From an uncultured Alphaproteobacteria bacterium (GTDB lineage Bacteria > Pseudomonadota > Alphaproteobacteria > Rhizobiales > Rhizobiaceae), in contig CAVQFY010000007.1 in the NCBI GenBank assembly GCA_963711925.1, positions 349,601 to 413,600 of the forward strand: DNA of 64,000 nucleotides. Direction: 5' to 3'. A model generated the notes under the pieces. It saw only the letters and a program-made list of their open reading frames with translations. It was not told where the DNA came from and did no database searches. Both the position numbers and the translations under genes were made by a program. Shown here piece by piece: positions 42,202 through 52,871 of the stretch. The stretch's first letter is position 1, and each line of letters opens with the position of its first letter.

Positions 42202-43602
42202 ATGTCCGACAAGAAGAACAGCAATGAAATGTGGGGAGGCCGTTTTGCCTCGGGTCCCGCCGCGATCATGGAAGAAATCAACGCTTCCATCGGCTTCGAC
42301 CAGAAACTCTACGCCCAGGACATTCAGGGTTCGCTTGCCCATGCTGCCATGCTTGCGAAAACCGGCATAATAGCGGCGGACGATCACGACAAGATCGCAA
42401 AGGGCCTGAACACGATATTGTCAGAGATAGAGACGGGAAAATTCACGTTTTCGCGCAAGCTCGAAGACATCCACATGAATATCGAGTCGAGATTGGCCGA
42501 ACTGATCGGCGCACCGGCAGGCCGGTTGCATACGGCGCGCTCGCGCAATGATCAGGTTGCCGTCGATTTCCGCCTCTGGGTGAAGGCGGAATTCGAGAGA
42601 ACGGCGATTGCGCTGAAGAAGCTCATCGAAGCTTTTCTGAAGCGTGCCGAGGAACATGCATCGACCTTGATGCCAGGCTTCACGCATCTGCAGACGGCGC
42701 AGCCCGTCACCTTCGGTCACCACTGCATGGCCTATGTCGAGATGTTCGGCCGCGATTTGAGCCGGGTCCGGGACGCCACCCTCCGCATGGACTATTCGCC
42801 GCTGGGTGCTGCGGCGCTGGCCGGGACGGGTTTCCCGATAGACCGGCACATGACCGCAAAGGCGCTCGGCTTCCGCGAGCCGACCCGCAACTCGCTCGAC
42901 AGTGTTTCGGATCGCGACTATGCGCTGGAGTTCCTTTCGACCGCCGCGATCACCGCGACGCATCTGTCGCGCCTCGCCGAAGAGATCGTCATCTGGTCGA
43001 CGCCGCAGTTCGGGTTCGTGCGCCTGTCCGACAGTTTCTCCACCGGCTCGTCGATCATGCCGCAGAAGAAGAACCCCGATGCTGCCGAACTGGTGCGCGC
43101 CAAGACCGGGCGCATCACCGGCTCGCTGGTCGGTCTCCTGACGGTGATGAAAGGTCTGCCGCTGACCTATTCCAAGGACATGCAGGAAGACAAGGAAGCC
43201 GTCTTCGATGCAGCCGAGACGCTGGAACTATGCATTGCCGCGATGACCGGCATGGTCGGTGATATGACCATCAACAGCGCCGCAATGAAAAAAGCGGCCG
43301 GTTCCGGTTATTCCACTGCGACCGATCTTGCCGACTGGCTTGTACGCGAACTCGGCCTGCCTTTCCGCGAGGCGCATCACGTGACCGGACGCGCAGTGGC
43401 TTTGGCCGAAGAGAGGAAAGCCGAGCTTGGCAAGCTGTCGCTTGAGGATCTGCAGGCGATACATCCCGGCATCACCGATGCGGTGTTCGGTTATCTGACC
43501 GTCGACAAATCGGTGCGCAGCCGCAAATCCTATGGCGGTACGGCGCCGGGCGAGGTTCGCCGCCAGATCAAATTCTGGCAAAAGCGCATCGCAAAACTCT
43601 AA
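42202..43602 (+). CDS. argH: Argininosuccinate lyase
   Basis: [37 protein letters not shown]. Confidence 0.97.
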   Translation: MSDKKNSNEMWGGRFASGPAAIMEEINASIGFDQKLYAQDIQGSLAHAAMLAKTGIIAADDHDKIAKGLNTILSEIETGKFTFSRKLEDIHMNIESRLAELIGAPAGRLHTARSRNDQVAVDFRLWVKAEFERTAIALKKLIEAFLKRAEEHASTLMPGFTHLQTAQPVTFGHHCMAYVEMFGRDLSRVRDATLRMDYSPLGAAALAGTGFPIDRHMTAKALGFREPTRNSLDSVSDRDYALEFLSTAAITATHLSRLAEEIVIWSTPQFGFVRLSDSFSTGSSIMPQKKNPDAAELVRAKTGRITGSLVGLLTVMKGLPLTYSKDMQEDKEAVFDAAETLELCIAAMTGMVGDMTINSAAMKKAAGSGYSTATDLADWLVRELGLPFREAHHVTGRAVALAEERKAELGKLSLEDLQAIHPGITDAVFGYLTVDKSVRSRKSYGGTAPGEVRRQIKFWQKRIAKL

Positions 43603-43681
43603 AACATTATTGGCTGGCGATGGGGGTGCAAAGCGCGCCTTCATACGCTAGACAGAGTAAACGCCATTCGGGATCAAACTT

Positions 43682-43867
43682 ATGACGAGCCGTTCTTTTT
43701 TGACGACAATACTGATGTCGATTGCAATTTTAAGCGTTGTTTCGGCTTGTGGCCGAAAGGGCGATCCTGAACTGCCGCCGGCTTCCGTTACGACGATGCC
43801 CGGCGAGCCGAAGACAGAAAAACCACCGGTTCAGGACAAGCGTTTCATCCTTGACCCGTTGATCTAG
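43682..43867 (+). CDS. Small lipoprotein (LptM/YifL-like)
   Basis: Lipobox VSAC-GRKGDPELPP; typical position upstream of lysA. Confidence 0.8.
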   Translation: MTSRSFLTTILMSIAILSVVSACGRKGDPELPPASVTTMPGEPKTEKPPVQDKRFILDPLI

Positions 43868-43875
43868 GCACGTAC

Positions 43876-45141
43876 GTGAACCATTTCGACTATAAAGACG
43901 GCGTTCTCCATGCCGAGGGCGTCAGCATTCCCGACATCGCCAAGGCGGTCGGAACGCCTTTCTATTGCTATTCCACCGCGACGATCGAGCGGCATTTCAA
44001 GGTCTTTTCGGCGGCATTCGCCGATATGGAGACGCTCGTCGCTTACGCGCTCAAGGCCAATTCCAATCAGGCCGTCCTGAAGACGCTGGCTCGCCTCGGT
44101 TCAGGCGCCGACGTGGTTTCCGAGGGCGAGATGCGTCGCGCTCTGGCTGCAGGCATCCCGGCCAACAAGATCGTTTTTTCCGGCGTCGGCAAGAAGCCCG
44201 GCGAAATGGATTATGCGCTGGCCGCAGGAATCCATTGTTTCAACGTCGAATCCGAGCCGGAGCTTGAAATATTGTCCGGGCGCGCGGTTGCTGCCGGCAA
44301 GATTGCGCCGGTATCGCTACGCATAAACCCGGATGTGGACGCCAAGACCCACAAAAAGATTTCCACGGGCAAATCCGAGAACAAGTTCGGCATTCCGCTT
44401 GCGAAGGCCAGCACGATCTATGCGCATGCCGCCAAGCTGCCCGGCCTCAAGGTCACCGGCATCGACATGCATATCGGCAGCCAGATCACCGATCTCGAGC
44501 CGTTCGACAATGCCTTCAGGCTGCTGGCCGAACTGGTGGCGCAGTTGCAGGCAGACGGCCACGATATCAAGCATGTCGATCTCGGCGGCGGCTTGGGCAT
44601 TCCCTATCATTTCGACAATAATCCACCGCCGCTGCCCGATGCCTATGCGCAAATCGTGCAAAAGCATATCAAGCCCCTGGGTCTGAAGACCATTTTCGAA
44701 CCGGGCCGTCTCATCGTCGGCAATGCCGGTATATTGGTCAGCGAGGTGATTTACCTCAAGGAAGGCGATGCGCGGAATTTCATCATCGTCGATGCGGCCA
44801 TGAACGATCTCATCCGTCCGACGCTTTACGACGCCTTTCATATCATCCGTCCGGTCAAGGAGCCTGCGGCCAACGATCCGCGTATTCGCGGCGATGTCGT
44901 CGGTCCGGTTTGCGAAACCGGCGATTATCTTGGCCTCGATCGCGACCTGCCGCGCCCGGCCCCGGGCGATCTCATCGCCATTGGAACGGCAGGCGCTTAC
45001 GGCGCAGTACAGGCCGGCACCTACAACACGCGTCTGCTCGTGCCAGAGGTTCTGGTCAATGGCGACCGGTTCCATGTGGTGCGCCCCAGAACGACCTATG
45101 ACGAGCTGATCGGCTTGGATTCCATCCCTGAGTGGCTTTAG
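43876..45141 (+). CDS. lysA: Diaminopimelate decarboxylase
   Basis: YALKANSN, HIGSQI, DLGGGLG, EPGR, GPVCETGD, GAYG. Confidence 0.97.
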   Translation: MNHFDYKDGVLHAEGVSIPDIAKAVGTPFYCYSTATIERHFKVFSAAFADMETLVAYALKANSNQAVLKTLARLGSGADVVSEGEMRRALAAGIPANKIVFSGVGKKPGEMDYALAAGIHCFNVESEPELEILSGRAVAAGKIAPVSLRINPDVDAKTHKKISTGKSENKFGIPLAKASTIYAHAAKLPGLKVTGIDMHIGSQITDLEPFDNAFRLLAELVAQLQADGHDIKHVDLGGGLGIPYHFDNNPPPLPDAYAQIVQKHIKPLGLKTIFEPGRLIVGNAGILVSEVIYLKEGDARNFIIVDAAMNDLIRPTLYDAFHIIRPVKEPAANDPRIRGDVVGPVCETGDYLGLDRDLPRPAPGDLIAIGTAGAYGAVQAGTYNTRLLVPEVLVNGDRFHVVRPRTTYDELIGLDSIPEWL

Positions 45142-45155
45142 CAAGCGCTGTGCGC

Positions 45156-45333
45156 ATATCTCCCCCCTTGTGGGGGAGAAAGCGATTTCAGCATCTTAGC
45201 CCTCGCTAAGTGCTAGAAATCGCAAGAGAGGGGATTTGCTTCACTGATACTACCCCTCACTTGGATTTTCCAAGGATTTAGCATAGAGGCTAAACCCAGG
45301 AAAATCCTTTCTCTCCCACAAGGGGAGAGATAA
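45156..45333. repeat. Repeat family A copy 2 (178 bp)
   Basis: Same architecture as copy 1; central loop differs. Confidence 0.95.
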
Positions 45334-45486
45334 TCGGCATCAGGCCTCGGCGGAGAGCTCATGCTGCAGGGTCCACCTCTACACAAAACTATGATCGCAT
45401 TTTTACCCCAAGGCCTCGCCTTTGCCATGATGAATGGTATTGTTCTATGATGCCGGCACCGTCGATGCCGGCGAGATGGAGTGCGG

Positions 45487-48055
45487 ATGACCGATCAACA
45501 ACCCGACAAACGGGACGCGATCAGGTACAGGTTCGATATTTTCAAAAGTATCGATCGCCTCCGTTTGTCTACATGGTTGACCGTTGTGTTCGAACGCCTG
45601 TGGCCGCTTGTACTGCCGCTGCTGCTTTCCGTTGCCATTTTCCTGTGCCTGTCCTGGTTCGGTATCTTCCGGATAATTCCGGATGCATTGCGACTGGCAC
45701 TGCTCGGGCTTTTTGCTCTCTCGCTGCCCCTCTGCCTCTATCTCCTGCTGAGATTCCGTCTGCCCGATCACTCGGAAATCAGCCAGCGGCTGGAAAGCGT
45801 CAACACGCTCGATCACCAGCCGATCACCATCCAGTCGGAAGAACTCGTCAACAAGAGCATTGATCCGTTTGCTCAGGCGCTGTGGGACGAACATCGCAAG
45901 CGCATGGCCGAGCGCATCCAGAATTTGAAGAGCGGCCTGCCGCAAACCCGTATTCCGGAACGCGATCCCTGGGCGTTGCGCGGCATTGTCGGCCTGCTTC
46001 TCGTCGTCGCCTTTGCCTTTTCCGGCGGGCCGCTCGGCGGCCGCATCAACGATGCGTTCCGCAGTCATAGCAAGAGCGAAGCCATTCCGCCCCGTATCGA
46101 TGCCTGGGTAACGCCTCCGCGCTATACCGGACGCGCACCGCTCTTCCTGACAGCGGCAGCCAATGACGGAAGAAAAACAGTTCACCATTCCGCAGGACAG
46201 CACGCTTATCGTCCGCATTATCGGCGGCAGCGGATCGGAGAAGGTCACCCAGACGTCGATGGATGGGGAGGCAACCGATATTGCGGCGAAGGACCAAGGC
46301 AAGCCGGAAGACAATCCAACGACTGCCAAAGCCCGGCCGCGTAATTTCGAACTGCCGATCGGTGCCAACAGCACGGTCAGCCTGTCAGATGATGGCAACC
46401 CGCTTGCCGAATGGGCGTTTTCGGTAACGCCCGACCAGCCGCCTTCCGTCCGTTTCACCAAGGATCCTTCCAGCGCTGCCAACGGCACGATGGAGGTTTC
46501 CTACGAAATCAAGGATGATTACGGCGCATCGAGCGCGGTGGCGCAAATCGAGCAGGCATTGCCTGCCGACAAGGATGCGCGACCGCTCTTCAAGGCGCCA
46601 GACCTGCCTCTGGCGCTGCCGCGGCGCGGCGATCAGCCCAAGGAAACCACGACCACCAAGGATCTCACCGAGCATCCATGGGCTGGTTCCGAAATTCGTA
46701 TGACCCTGGTCGCGACCGATGATGCGAAACAGGAAGCCAGAAGCGAAACCAAGACGTTCGTCATGCCCGAACGCCCCTTCGCCAACCCGCTGGCCAAGGC
46801 TGTCGTGGAAGAGCGTCGCATCCTGGCGCTCAACGCCAATGCCAAGCCGCAAGTGCTCGATATGCTGGATGCGATCACCATCTGGCCGGAAGAGACTATC
46901 AAGAACGCGTCTCATTACCTCGCTTTGCGCAGCGTGCGCTCGCGGCTCAATCTTGCGCGCAGCGACGACCAGTTGCGCGACGTCGTCGCCTATATGTGGC
47001 AAGTCGCGCGTGGCATCGAGGACGGCGCTCTTTCGGACGCCGAGCGTCGCCTGCGTCAGGCGCAGGAAGCCTTGAAGCAAGCGATCGAACAGGGTGCAAG
47101 CCCGGAAGAAATCGAAAAGCGCATGAAAGAGCTGCGCAGCGCCATGAACGAGTATCTGCGCGAATTTGCCCAGAAAGCCCAGAAGAACCCGAATATGGCT
47201 CAAATGCCAAATCCCAACGCGATGGAACTGCGGCAGGAGGATATAGACCGCATGCTCGACCGCATCGAGGATCTGGCCAAGCAGGGTGCGAAGGACCAGG
47301 CGCAGCAACTGCTTTCCGAACTCGAAAACATGATGAACAATCTGCAGATGGGCCAGCAGCAGCAAAATCAGCAGGGCCAAGGTCAGATGCGACAGCAGAT
47401 GGACAAGCTGGGCGAATTGATGCGGCGCCAGCAGGAGATGATGAACCAGACCAACCGGCTTGAGCAACAGCGTCAGAACGGCATGCAGCAGGACCAGGGC
47501 CAGAGCCAGCAGGGTCAAAATGGCCAGGAGGGTCAGCAAGGCCAGATGTCCGAAGAGGATATCGCCAAGGCCCTGCGCGGCCTTCAGGAAGGCCAGGGCA
47601 AGCTGCAGTCGGATCTCGAGCAAATGATGAAGGATTTGAAGGGGCTCGGCATCAATCCCGGTGAAGGGTTCGGCGATGCCAACAAGTCCATGGGCCAGGC
47701 AGGAAAGGCGCTGGGCGATGCGGATGGCGGCCAGGCGGTTGACCGGCAGAGCAATGCGCTCGATGCCTTGCGCCGCGGCGGGCAGGACATGATGAAACAG
47801 ATGCAGCAGGCCATGGGTCAGGAAGGCCAGACTGGCGGACCCAATGGACAGCAGCAGCAAAATGGCAGGCTCGATCCGCTGGGACGCCAACGTTCCAGGG
47901 GAGATTTCTTCGACGACTCCAAGAATATCGTCCCCAAAGATCTGGATATTCAGCGGGCGCGCGAAATCCTGGACGAAATCCGCAAGCGCCTCGGCAATGC
48001 GCTGAGCCCGCAGATGGAAAAAGACTATCTGGAGAGATTGCTGAAGTTCGATTGA
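45487..48055 (+). CDS. TIGR02302 / DUF4175 family membrane protein, apparent +1 frameshift near 46169-46177
   Basis: FERLWP, RDPWALR, DAWVTPPRYTG then KDDYG, DLTEHPWAG, Gln-rich tail, DYLERLL. Confidence 0.85.
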
Positions 48056-48070
48056 GACCGCGGATGCCGA

Positions 48071-48252
48071 TTATCTCTCCCCTTGTGGGAGAGAAAGCGA
48101 TTTCAGCATCTTAGCCCTTGCTAAGTGCTAGAAATCGCAAGTGAGGGGATTTTACTTTGTGCGCTCCAAATCCCCTCTCTTGGCTTTTCTAAGGATTTAG
48201 CGAAGAGGCTAAATCCAAGAAAATCCTTTCTCCCCCACAAGGGGGGAGATAA
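48071..48252. repeat. Repeat family A copy 3 (182 bp)
   Basis: Same architecture; between convergent TIGR02302 and hpt. Confidence 0.95.
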
Positions 48253-48272
48253 GAGCAGTTACCACCGGGCTT

Positions 48273-48809
48273 CTAATCCACCACCACACCCACATAGGGC
48301 AGTTGCCGGAACGAATGGCCCACGTCCATGCCGTATCCCACCACGAAATAATCCGGGCATTCGAAACCTTTGAAATCGGCTTCGATATCCGTCTTGCGCT
48401 TGACGCTCTTGTCGAGCAGCACGGCGATGGAAACGCTGCGTGCGCCGCGTTCCAGCATAAGTTCGCGGGTGAATTTCAGCGTTTTTCCGGATTCAAGAAT
48501 ATCGTCGATCAGAAGCACGTCGCGGCCATGCACATCGCTGTCGATATCGCGGAGCAACCGCACTTCGGTGCTTTCCGTGCCCTTGCCATAGCTCGATACC
48601 GTTATGAACTCCACGTCCGGTTCCGCTCCCGCATCATGCATGGCGCGGATGAGGTCTGCGGCGAAGATGAAAGATCCCTTGAGGATCGAGATCACCAGCA
48701 AGTTTTCGAAATTGCGGGCGACGATCGCCCTGGCAAGTTCGAGGTTCCGCTCCGCGATTGTCTCGGCGCTGAAAAGGACCTCGATAGTTTTTCCGCCGAC
48801 CTTTGGCAT
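48273..48809 (-). CDS. hpt: Hypoxanthine phosphoribosyltransferase
   Basis: ILKGSFIFAADL, VSSYG, LLIDDILESGKTL, FVVGYGMD. Confidence 0.96.
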   Translation of the reverse strand: MPKVGGKTIEVLFSAETIAERNLELARAIVARNFENLLVISILKGSFIFAADLIRAMHDAGAEPDVEFITVSSYGKGTESTEVRLLRDIDSDVHGRDVLLIDDILESGKTLKFTRELMLERGARSVSIAVLLDKSVKRKTDIEADFKGFECPDYFVVGYGMDVGHSFRQLPYVGVVVD

Positions 48810-48904
48810 GCAGTTCTTCCTGATTGAGAGCCCGTTTGGAAACTTTACTTTCCAAGGGTTCTGACCGATATGCAATTGCTATAGCCCGATCGCTGCCTGG
48901 AAAT

Positions 48905-49285
48905 CTAGCGTGCCAGTTCGCTCTTGTGACCGACCGAACCGGTGGTCAGCATCGGATCGTCAGCGGGCGACGTTCCGGACAATAATGTGTGGCCGCCGGT
49001 TATCCAGAAGACCGAAACCGCAACCAAAGCCACCACAAGCCAATAGCCGAAGCCCGGCCCCTTCAGTTCCGTGCTTTCGCGCGCATGCAATATCGTCATC
49101 GCTTCATCGCTGGGCAACAGGCGTTGCCATGTCTCAGCCCCAGCCTCCTTGGTGACAGGACCGCGCGCCAATGTCTCGAAATCGACATCCTCCGCACCAC
49201 CTTTGTCGATGGAAGGCACAGCATTCAAACTCAGATTATCTTTAGGTTCCATTGTATCGATCTTTGCAAAATACGGTTTTGGCAT
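48905..49285 (-). CDS. Hypothetical membrane protein
   Basis: AEDVDFETL motif and C-terminal TM segment; start uncertain. Confidence 0.55.
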   Translation of the reverse strand: MPKPYFAKIDTMEPKDNLSLNAVPSIDKGGAEDVDFETLARGPVTKEAGAETWQRLLPSDEAMTILHARESTELKGPGFGYWLVVALVAVSVFWITGGHTLLSGTSPADDPMLTTGSVGHKSELAR

Positions 49286-49439
49286 CGTCTGCCCTCATGC
49301 AGACAATTTTTTCCGAATCATAGGACAGCCTATCCCACAAAAATTAATGTTTTGGCCGATGCCTGGCTGCGTTTGATGGGTGGCCAAATCCGTCCACACA
49401 AAATAGAACACGCATGGACACGAGATTGGAAAGTTACGC

Positions 49440-50099
49440 TTGATTCGCTTTGAGAATGTCGGTTTGCGATACGGAATGGGCCCGGAGGTTCTGCGTGATG
49501 TCAGCCTCCATATTTCACCGCGGTCGTTCCAGTTCCTGACCGGCCCGTCGGGTGCCGGAAAGACGTCGCTGCTGCGCCTGTTGTTCATGACGCTGAAGCC
49601 GACGCGCGGCCTGATAAACGTCTTTGGCAAGGATATCGCCACGATCTCGTCGAAGGAAATGCCGCTGCTGCGGCGCCGTATTGGCGTGGTTTTCCAGGAT
49701 TTCCGTCTGCTCGACCACATGACCACCTATCAGAATGTAGCACTGCCGCTGCGTGTGCGCGGCAAGGAGGAGGCGACCTATCGCGCCGAAGTCGAAGAGC
49801 TTCTCGACTGGGTTGGCCTCGGCGAGCGCATGCATGTGCTGCCGCCTGTCCTTTCCGGGGGCGAGAAGCAGCGCGCGGCAATCGCGCGGGCCTTGATCGA
49901 TCAACCTGAAATTCTGCTTGCCGATGAGCCGACCGGCAATGTCGATCCGCCGCTGGCGAGGCGCCTGCTTCGGCTTTTCGGCGAGCTGAACCGCTCGGGC
50001 ACGGCGGTTGTCATCGCGACGCATGATCTGACGCTGATGGACCAGATCAATGCGCGGCGCATGATCCTCGATCAGGGGAGGCTCGACATTTATGATTGA
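49440..50099 (+). CDS. ftsE: Cell division ATP-binding protein FtsE
   Basis: GPSGAGKTS, IGVVFQDFRLL, LSGGEKQR, ADEPTGNVD; TTG start. Confidence 0.93.
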   Translation: MIRFENVGLRYGMGPEVLRDVSLHISPRSFQFLTGPSGAGKTSLLRLLFMTLKPTRGLINVFGKDIATISSKEMPLLRRRIGVVFQDFRLLDHMTTYQNVALPLRVRGKEEATYRAEVEELLDWVGLGERMHVLPPVLSGGEKQRAAIARALIDQPEILLADEPTGNVDPPLARRLLRLFGELNRSGTAVVIATHDLTLMDQINARRMILDQGRLDIYD

Positions 50100-51091
50100 T
50101 GCCGCCCGTATCAAGTATCTGGCGCTCGACCTGTTTGGCCGTGCCATGGAGCGCTTTCAGGCCAAGAGCGGGCAGGCGCCAATCGTGCCCGCCGGCAATG
50201 TCGTTGGCCACGCCCTGATGATCGTCATCGCCATCATGACTTTCCTCGCCTGCCTTACCATTGGTGCAGTCAGTCTCGTCCAGTCGACGGCCGCGACGTG
50301 GCAGAGCCAGATTTCGACCGAGGCCACAATCCAGATACGTCCGGTCGAGGGCCAGGACATGGAGGCGCTGCTTAATCAGGCGAGCTCTATAGCGCAGGGT
50401 TTTGCCGGAGTGAAATCAACGCGCATCATCGACCGTGCCGCGACCGAGCGTCTGCTGGAACCGTGGCTTGGAAGCGGTCTCGATATTGACGAGCTGCCGG
50501 TGCCAAGGCTGGTGATCGTCACGCTCGACGAAGCTTCGCCGCCGGATTTCGCCGGCAATTCGCGCGGCGCTGGTCAAGGACGTTCCGGGCGCCAGTTTCG
50601 ACGATCATCGCAACTGGGTCGACCGGCTCGTTTCCATGGCGCGTTCGACGGTCCTGATCGGCATGGCGGTGCTCGCACTCGTCGTCGCAGCGACTGTGCT
50701 AACGGTTATTTTCGCGACGCGTGGCGCAATGGCCGGCAACGGACATATCATCGAGGTTCTGCATTTTATCGGTGCCGACCAGAATTTCGTTGCGCGTCAG
50801 TTCGAGCGGCATTTCTTCTGGACGGCGCTCAAGGGTGCCGCTTGCGGCGGGGCGCTTGCCATCATCATTTTCCTGTGTATCGGCTGGTGGTCGTCGCATA
50901 ATCTGGCGACGCCCGAGGCAGATCAGGCGACGGCGCTCTTCGGCAATTTTTCCATTGGGTCAGGTGGCTATACGGGCGTTGTTCTTATCATATTGGCGGT
51001 CAGCATCCTGACCATGATAACAACAAGAATGACGGTCATAGCGCATTTGAGACGGGTTGACGGTCGCAGCGGCGAAAGTCACGAAACCTGA
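50092..51091 (+). CDS. ftsX: Cell division permease FtsX, apparent +1 frameshift near 50551-50556
   Basis: Follows ftsE; EATIQIRP, LPVPRLV then IIEVLHFIGA; removing one base restores DFAAIRAALVKDVP. Confidence 0.85.
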
Positions 51092-51163
51092 TGCCATTTC
51101 ATTCATTTTAATATCCGGATTGTACAAAAGCTGAGCCCCGGCACTCTTTATTAGACAGAACAA

Positions 51164-51178
51164 GAACAAACCTCGAAC
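51164..51178. promoter_or_regulatory. Candidate alphaproteobacterial LexA (SOS) box
   Basis: GAAC-AAACCTC-GAAC (GAAC-N7-GAAC) 19 nt upstream of the YdcF-like start. Confidence 0.45.
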
Positions 51179-51197
51179 AAGGCATTTTTGATCCATC

Positions 51198-51896
51198 ATG
51201 GGCGGCGCAAACGACAGCAATCAACCAGGGACAGCCGCTCTAACCCGCGGCGGACGGCTGCTCGCGTTCATCCGCAGGCGCATCGTGCTGCCGCTGTTCA
51301 TCGTCTGCGTTCTCGGTCTCGTCCTGTTCATCGGCGGGTTCATTCTCTTTGCCGATCGCGTCACGACTCTGGAGGCACCGGACCTTACCCGGCCTGCCGA
51401 TGGGATCATCGTGTTGACCGGCGGTTATTCCCGGATCGAAGGGGCGCTCGATCTCCTCAAGAACAAGCGCGGCGAACGCCTGTTCATCAGCGGCGTGCAT
51501 CCAACGACCAATCGCAATGAATTGCAGCGTGTGACGGGCGGCGACGCCACCCTGTTCGAATGCTGCGTCGATATCGACCGCTCGGCGCTGGATACGGTCG
51601 GCAATGCGGCCGAGAGCGTCAAGTGGGCCCATTCGAACCAGTACAAGCGGGTGATCGTGGTCACCAACAACTACCATATCCCCCGCACGATGGTGGAACT
51701 CCGGCGCGTCTCGCAGGACATCGAATTCATCCCCTATCCGATTATCAACACCAACCTGCGCGACGGCGACTGGATTTCCCGCGGTCTGGTGGTCCGGGTG
51801 CTTCTGGTCGAATATATGAAATATCTTGGTGCTGAAGTTCGCTCGCATCTCCCCGATAGCCTGTTCGGGCTCAAGCTTGGCGCGAAGACTTTTTGA
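51198..51896 (+). CDS. YdcF/DUF218 family protein
   Basis: DGIIVLTGG..RI, LFISGVH, DTVGNA, VVTNNYHIPR. Confidence 0.88.
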   Translation: MGGANDSNQPGTAALTRGGRLLAFIRRRIVLPLFIVCVLGLVLFIGGFILFADRVTTLEAPDLTRPADGIIVLTGGYSRIEGALDLLKNKRGERLFISGVHPTTNRNELQRVTGGDATLFECCVDIDRSALDTVGNAAESVKWAHSNQYKRVIVVTNNYHIPRTMVELRRVSQDIEFIPYPIINTNLRDGDWISRGLVVRVLLVEYMKYLGAEVRSHLPDSLFGLKLGAKTF

Positions 51897-51963
51897 GAGT
51901 TCACGGCAAGGCTACATTGGTATACGAAGGCGCAGGCCAACCTTATCCCGAGTCCTGACCTAA

Positions 51964-52743
51964 ATGACGATCATTCGATCAATCGCCTTCAACACACTCT
52001 TCTATCTGAATTTGATCATCCGGATGATCATCTTCACGCCCTATTATTTCTTGAGCCCGCGCAAGCAGGCGTGGAGTGTTCCTAAAAACTGGGCGAAATC
52101 GAACCTGTGGCTGCAAAAGGTGATCATCGGCGCAGACGTCCACATCGATGGGCTGGAGAATATTCCGGACGGTCCGTACATCTGTGCGCCGAAGCACCAG
52201 TCCTTCTGGGACACCTATGCCTTCCTGCCGCACATCGCCGATCCGGTCTATATCCTCAAGCGGGAGCTGACCTGGATACCGTTGTTCGGCTGGTACATTC
52301 AGAAAATGAAAATGGTGCCGATCGATCGCGGCAAGCGTTCCGCGGCCATGAAAGTGGCGGTCAAGGGTGCGCGCGAAGCTGTCGCCGGAGGCCGGCAGCT
52401 GATGATTTATCCTGAGGGCACACGTACCGCGCCGGGTGCGCCGCCGCATTACAAATACGGCGTCGCGCATATCTATGGCGAACTCGGTGTGCCCGTCGTT
52501 CCGATTGCCCACAATGCCGGGCTCTATTGGCCGCGCCGCAAGTTCATGCGCTATCCCGGCGTCATCCGCTGCCGCATTCTGCCGCCGATCCAGCCGGGTC
52601 TCGACAATGACGCGTTTTTGAAGAAGCTCGAAGAGGTCACCGAAGCGGCTTGCGACGAGCTTCTGATCGAAGCAGCGAAGTCCGACAATCCGCCGCCCAT
52701 GCCGCCAACGGCGGTGAAGCGGCTGAAAGAACTCGGCGTCTAG
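51964..52743 (+). CDS. plsC: 1-acyl-sn-glycerol-3-phosphate acyltransferase
   Basis: KHQSFWD (HX4D), IYPEGTR, VPVVPIA. Confidence 0.9.
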   Translation: MTIIRSIAFNTLFYLNLIIRMIIFTPYYFLSPRKQAWSVPKNWAKSNLWLQKVIIGADVHIDGLENIPDGPYICAPKHQSFWDTYAFLPHIADPVYILKRELTWIPLFGWYIQKMKMVPIDRGKRSAAMKVAVKGAREAVAGGRQLMIYPEGTRTAPGAPPHYKYGVAHIYGELGVPVVPIAHNAGLYWPRRKFMRYPGVIRCRILPPIQPGLDNDAFLKKLEEVTEAACDELLIEAAKSDNPPPMPPTAVKRLKELGV

Positions 52744-52751
52744 GGCCCGTC

Positions 52752-52781
52752 GATGTTCACGCGCTGACGGCCTGCAAACGC
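52752..52781. repeat. Left-end fragment of repeat family B
   Basis: GTTCACGCGCTGACGGCCTGCAAACG matches first ~30 nt of both full copies. Confidence 0.7.
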
Positions 52782-52817
52782 CGCCGCTGAGCCTATTCCT
52801 GGGTTAACACCAGGCAT

Positions 52818-52850
52818 AAAAAAAGCTCCATCGTGAGATGGAGCTTCTTT
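52818..52850. terminator. Bidirectional intrinsic terminator between plsC and helicase
   Basis: A-run, aagctccatc-gtga-gatggagctt stem, then cttt. Confidence 0.8.
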
Positions 52851-52871
52851 AGATTATGCGAACGCGCTGAA

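Noticed and set aside
46385-47890. Long antisense ORFs (e.g. 501 aa at 46385, 498 aa at 57506, 384 aa at 53653, 338 aa at 2177)
   Set aside because: They are shadows of GC3-rich sense genes with no motifs or RBS.
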